A stretch of DNA of 62,127 nucleotides, the filler included. It is 6 parts of 6 records of this genome, joined end to end, with 100 filler letters (N's around TTAATTAATTAA, not from the genome) between each part and the next. Parts side by side here need not be neighbours in the genome. Positions count along the whole stretch, not along the records: positions 52,019 to 62,127 come from SRR31156797_19073; 5 more parts are not named here. The stretch is one strand, 5' to 3'. Shown piece by piece: positions 59,401 to 62,127 of this stretch. The notes beneath the pieces are model-generated. The model searched no databases. It saw nothing but the letters and a program-made list of their open reading frames with translations, and was not told the DNA's origin. Numbering within the stretch: position 1 is the stretch's first letter; every line of letters begins with the position of its first letter. The position numbers and the translations under genes were made by a program.

Positions 59401-62076
59401 CGTTATGAAACCGCTGCCCGGTATGGGGAAGATCTCGTCAAATTCTGGACCCGGAAGAGACCCGACTCCAGGGACCAGGCGGAAGCCCTGATGAAACTGG
59501 GCCTCATACGTGCCCGCATGGAGCAGTATGATCGGGCCATTCCCGCCCTGGAAGAGGGGGCTGAGATCATGGCCAACCTGGAATTGGAGGAGTTGCAGGT
59601 GGCAGCCCTGAACGACCTGGGGGTGGTACTGGAAAACGCCACCGATTACGACCGGGCGCTTACGCAGTTTCAAACTGCCGCGGAGCTCAGCGAAAGCCTG
59701 GACAAAAAGGAGCGGCTGGCCCGCCAGCATATGCGCATGGGACGGATTTACGACCTCAGGATGAGCCGGTATGCCAAAGCCAAAATCCATTACCTGAAAG
59801 CCTTTGAGCTTTATGAAACCCTCCATAAAACGGAAGATATGGCGCAAGCCCTGCTGGACTCAGGCCGTTGCGACCGGCTCCTCGGGAATTTCAAGGGTGC
59901 CGAAGACCAATATGGAAAAGCACTGAAGCTTCTTAAAGAGGGCGGAGAAGGTGTGCCGGCCCATAATAAGGTCATGGCGGGCATCCTCATGGAACAGGCC
60001 AACAACCACTGGTTTCAGGCCCGTTACCGGGATGCCTTCAAAGGGCGGCTGGAAGTTTACAAAATGGCGCTTAAAAACAACTGGACCCTTGAGCAGGTGA
60101 ACAGCCTCAATACGGCGGGCCTCATCTGGTGGACCCTGGGAGATCACCCCGCGGCCCTCCGTGAGTTGGAAAAAGCGCTCGTTCTGGCCAGAACCCTTCA
60201 TGCCAGGAGGGATGAAACGGCCACCACCTTCAACAACATGGGGCTGGTCTATGGGGATATGGGCCATTACGAAAAGGCCCTTGAAGCACTGGATCAGGCC
60301 CTTGCCATCGACCGGAAAATCAACTCCAAATGGGCCATTGCCTATGACCTCAAAAACCTGGGCCTCACACGCCTCCGCATGAATGATGCGGAAAAAGCCG
60401 TTCCTCTCTTTGAGGAGGCGCTTGCGCTTGCCAAGAGCATCGGGAACCGTATCAACCAGGCCAAGATTCTGGTGGGATACGGCGATGCCCTGGTGGAACT
60501 GAAACGGCTTGAGAATGCGAAAACCCGTTTTCATGAGGCCCTTGATCTTTCCCGTCAAATGGCCCTCCGTGAGGTGGAGTGGCGGGCCCTATTCGGTTTG
60601 GCACAGCTCCGGCTGAAAGGGGGAAACAAGGAAAAAGCCCGAACCCTTCTGGAAGAAGCCGTTAAAGTGATTGAAGGGATGCGGGCCGGGATCAAACTGG
60701 ATCAGTTGAAGGACGGTTTCATTGCCAACAAAATGGCCGTGTATGAAACCCTGGTGAGCCTGTTGGTGGACATGGGACGCGATTCGGACGCTTTTTACGT
60801 GGCGGAACGCTCCAGGGCCAGGAACCTCATTGATCTTCTGGGCAACCAGCGCCTTTCCCTTCACGGCGCCGTAAACCAGAAACTCTACCACGGGGAAAAG
60901 GCGCTTAAGAACCGGATCGCCGAATATGAAACCCTGTTGGCCCAGGCAACCGATCCTGATGAACAAGCGGTTTACGGGCAGGCCCTGGATCAAGCCCGGG
61001 ACCGGCATCGGGACCTGATGCTGGAAATCCAGCTCAAGAACCCGGAATTGGCTTCCATCCTCTCCGTGGATCCCCTGACCTTGCGCCAGGTGCAGGAACT
61101 CCTTGAACCGGGAACAGCCATCCTGGCCTACTATCTGGTGCCGGATGAGATCCTTTGCTGGTTCATTACCCGGGACCAGGTGGAACTTTTCAAAACACCC
61201 CTGGGCCGCGAGACCCTGGCACGGTCGGTTCTGGATTACCGCCGGACCCTTCAGAACCTGGAGCCCGCCGAAAGAGAGTCCAAAGAACTCCATGACCAGC
61301 TCCTCCTTCCTTTGAAAGAGCGGCTGAAAGGTGTTAAGACCGTGGGCATTGTCCCCCACCATATCCTTCACCATCTCTCTTTCGCCACCCTTTTTGACGG
61401 TAAAGAGTATATGGTGGACCAGGTTCCCCTCTTTTCCCTGCCCAGCGCCAGTGTGCTCCGTCACACCGCGCAAAACCGGGATAAGAGCAACAGGGTTCTG
61501 GCCGTGGGCAACCCGGATCTCCAAAATCAGGCCCTGGCACTCCCCTTTACGGAAAAAGAGGTGGCCTCCATCGGTTGGAGATTTCCGGATGTGACCGTGC
61601 TCACGGGGGATAAGGCAACCGAAGGGTGGGTGGTCCGCAACATATCCGATTACGGCATCATTCACCTGGCGTCCCATGGGGAATTTGATCCCGTGAACCC
61701 GCTTTTTTCCTCGGTCAAACTGGCCCGGGGCGATCATGACGACGGTGATCTCCGGGCCTCCGAGGTATTCGGTCTCGACATTCGCGCGGATCTCGTGATG
61801 TTGAGCGCCTGCCAGACGGGGTTAGGGAAAATCACCGGGGGCGACGATGTGATCGGTATGAACCGGGCCTTTCTCTACGCGGGAACCAATGCCATCATGA
61901 GCAGCCTGTGGCGGGTGAGCGATATTTCAACGGCCCTTCTGGTGAAACAGTTTTACCGGGAGTACCAAAACCGGTCCAAGGCCCAAAGTCTGGGCCGGGC
62001 CATGCGCCATGTGAAAAACCGTTACCCCCACCCCGGTTATTGGGGCGCCTTTGTGCTGGTGGGGGACTACCGCTGA
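53470..62076 (+). CDS. Giant lipoprotein: TolB/PD40 propeller - TPR arrays - pseudo-CHAT - TPR - CHAT (caspase-like) protease
   Basis: Lipobox-like MVISC; PD40 repeats (PTLSPDGKRIYF, PAVSPNGERLAF, PTWSVNGKWIYF); many TPRs; IHLASHG and LSACQTG dyad, SLWRV, YWGAF. Confidence 0.9.
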   Translation: MGHAVAGGGKVPGRAFIAVLFPAVFAMVISCAGPNPSKPAKDVTTVVDSAAIGEKDRQPPRLLPVNRPVQISFESDPVLYAAMSGDGKTFAHVLENEGRSSLWLTLKDPLAGGLPQKRLEGMGRISAPTLNRDGGVLAFTATDYDAKGDIYALSRDASNPSPRRLTGRDSADGAPTLSPDGKRIYFQRLLPGEVLPQLAVMDLSAPADNRDMETLREGAFPAVSPNGERLAFVSFTEDSGGDIWVLDLESGAAKPVTSGPARDLYPTWSVNGKWIYFSRFNEDTDGDGIISVIDNALICRAAPEEKNLTVYPLTSGTFSAYQPMTTPSRIFFLSNMNGTGNIWALPLGGEIPLKENVREQMAVARLLASRLPQEDSLAVLAFYKVLENFGKDEKASAEAAHEIGKLYQRMGRRGLAIQAYRRVIQDFKDSHPEKALAAIRLTTLETENDWEAAPTDFKRKEILHQALIGIQRISNAENGPSPGMNPLDSTRIKARAWIAQSRLLGDLGQDAASLEKAISLLDRVVKMPDLAPGLKAEALFQKALQSRRMGRASAVTPIYLSIITGYPGTPWADRSVRRIIDMQLSDSTHEKDENRMQALARLAETYRKTAPGLSMGALNRMGDTAFQKGDWPRAKRWYREVLTRYYDPGESFPKHEPPPVQLAAARLALAEILYREELFRQALDLYEKEMAYRPYEDRFYGLARAAYVQKSLAAANFLFGLGEIPGAQKIYNDLIREDPHLVQAHRGYIKCAAPMKQMEPVLARYEAQLAKDPDNPVYLYATGLCLTYLEGKKSLDKARGLIESAIRKQGRNPYFHQTLGYIFEVSETVYGEPEGLEKALLSYRKASFLNDPGVDPQNSADLALNLGNIHFLLGQYGKALQEYLKRLESNLPFDHEDTEILFYRRLGGAAFQVDDPAVSIGAYTRALELISKRIDPGRASELMGKLNTYIFDRILTPALKRSKNAENVQLPVNQQRDIHRALFSATEKPFGPPPDPRWEHYKEAMTSIMAREEKLIGDITPLMMEKKNETEKTLSFMLMRARDALRFPDRMIGLKAEMLDRLGLAYQEDRKWDQGAHAFEEAFQLNLALGKTQNLAANRRSVAYNTYMAAGERGGGEKERLLREALKQFQELQGLLDQYGVVDPQEKKAGGKRLSGGSGGAMLNVSLDLAFDKTAGSQAVYGFDRKQENRLAQAFISRIETELGVLAKARAAIERQLLPYEKRKTVSDKNRYGVSLLLHRDGQLRFALRQPEKAFQSFQRSAELALKLKNPVSAAMNVVNMAWALCRIPSHDPDYSTLKSRLSVLDRKTTTLLKRSEEVLDPLVLPDYHNNMGVLMLDDGEQSVPLSPESAARNLAPLKRAGVHFSRGLAAMKGVEMAGGPMTRKGLALEAALQLNLAHVALALHEPAGAKRHGGKALEIAKKGLLPQYEWRARLLLGDLKGALKTLWAVPLMGAGCGPGEIRTAFAGMVSHLIRKDDAEGALNLLEKLSEMERFQRMAPMVAARVSLPERALLLKIFPRIMTLFRLKRELNGAQKVQKRHLTERMAQEQALLDQALGKSPKSSNVGSTVGLPAQLTRSGALQEQLLFLLSLSFEMDRVADLVAAEASENDGSPQRVRHRELLAMYGRTLKGIKKLAAREGSPGVAALFAPYPVEAMDLMENLPHNGRAVRFFEKDPRGKGWTAFVVTPDDIFVKPFSPDHDFSRGKGDKNILIYENPWALPFETVSPVALNATHLVRSVENRKPFKRKIIEIAGAYDLPEDFNVTALPASAGKDEISDVLPGAQTLLLGGPVYTANTVPTRPKEVPAYGPAMGLDRGRILPLFPLFHELSHASLVMAPQAATEETPLLGHLFSLMGVPTVVLPQNPVRHSPVVTLFFDAYGKNPVQEALRTAVQNKGERWVSLGYWGMTEKEALDLANRRFKSYVKEGMASFKKKEPVYALISFENGLMVARQREKLSRYEPQLLIYARESAYAAGRYETAARYGEDLVKFWTRKRPDSRDQAEALMKLGLIRARMEQYDRAIPALEEGAEIMANLELEELQVAALNDLGVVLENATDYDRALTQFQTAAELSESLDKKERLARQHMRMGRIYDLRMSRYAKAKIHYLKAFELYETLHKTEDMAQALLDSGRCDRLLGNFKGAEDQYGKALKLLKEGGEGVPAHNKVMAGILMEQANNHWFQARYRDAFKGRLEVYKMALKNNWTLEQVNSLNTAGLIWWTLGDHPAALRELEKALVLARTLHARRDETATTFNNMGLVYGDMGHYEKALEALDQALAIDRKINSKWAIAYDLKNLGLTRLRMNDAEKAVPLFEEALALAKSIGNRINQAKILVGYGDALVELKRLENAKTRFHEALDLSRQMALREVEWRALFGLAQLRLKGGNKEKARTLLEEAVKVIEGMRAGIKLDQLKDGFIANKMAVYETLVSLLVDMGRDSDAFYVAERSRARNLIDLLGNQRLSLHGAVNQKLYHGEKALKNRIAEYETLLAQATDPDEQAVYGQALDQARDRHRDLMLEIQLKNPELASILSVDPLTLRQVQELLEPGTAILAYYLVPDEILCWFITRDQVELFKTPLGRETLARSVLDYRRTLQNLEPAERESKELHDQLLLPLKERLKGVKTVGIVPHHILHHLSFATLFDGKEYMVDQVPLFSLPSASVLRHTAQNRDKSNRVLAVGNPDLQNQALALPFTEKEVASIGWRFPDVTVLTGDKATEGWVVRNISDYGIIHLASHGEFDPVNPLFSSVKLARGDHDDGDLRASEVFGLDIRADLVMLSACQTGLGKITGGDDVIGMNRAFLYAGTNAIMSSLWRVSDISTALLVKQFYREYQNRSKAQSLGRAMRHVKNRYPHPGYWGAFVLVGDYR

Positions 62077-62100
62077 GATAATACGGATGGAGGTGACATC

Positions 62101-62127
62101 ATGAGAGGCTCTATTGCACCAGCCGTC
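62101..62127 (+). CDS. Start of next gene in the same operon (truncated)
   Basis: GGAGGTGA RBS then ATG AGA GGC TCT ATT GCA..., 24 nt after the CHAT gene stop. Confidence 0.6.

Noticed and set aside
53867-61737. Many 60-380 aa ORFs overlapping the giant CHAT gene
   Set aside because: Expected shadow ORFs of GC-rich coding DNA; no recognisable motifs.
53470-62076. TPR-CHAT as a CRISPR type III-E (Craspase) component
   Set aside because: No CRISPR array or cas gene on the contig; the protein looks lipid-anchored and is much larger.

Overview
This 62-kb window is not one genome. It contains six unrelated contigs joined by 100-nt artificial spacers (N44-TTAATTAATTAA-N44). (1) 1-8002 is from a spore-forming clostridium-like Firmicute: rplJ-rplL, tlp, a PadR/DUF1700/DUF4097 operon ending in an unannotated 26-aa amphipathic peptide, spoIVFA/B, a SatD-DUF3307-PrpE-like operon and the 3' part of SRP RNA. 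(2) 8103-25992 is Bacteroidota core genome: alaS start, M23 peptidase, ispF-porV-porU/gldJ-murF, LpxL-like acyltransferase, suhB, mtaB, phoH, folC and a partial tRNA. (3) 26093-39569 is a Bacteroidota accessory region: an attC-bounded LUD gene cassette whose downstream site is hit by a group IIC intron remnant, two T9SS cargo proteins, a sensor kinase broken by one in-frame TAG, and oxyR. (4) 39670-45413 is Bacteroidota: Zn/Mn ABC genes, yidD, sugar MFS + ROK kinase, M1 peptidase. (5) 45514-51918 is an AT-rich bacterium of uncertain affiliation: FGE-domain protein, dnaX with an A10 slippery run, GT-C-like membrane protein, rpsU, CBM9-like protein, leuD. (6) 52019-62127 is GC-rich and Desulfobacterota-like: an AsmA/YdbH-like C-terminus, a DUF1318 lipoprotein and a 2868-aa lipoprotein with a TolB-type propeller, TPRs, a pseudo-CHAT and an intact CHAT protease domain. 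The best candidates for undescribed systems are the envelope-anchored giant CHAT operon, the SatD (cyclase-like)/DUF3307/phosphoesterase operon, and the attC cassette with the IIC-attC intron in a Bacteroidota contig. All calls come from reading motifs by eye; no database searches were run.
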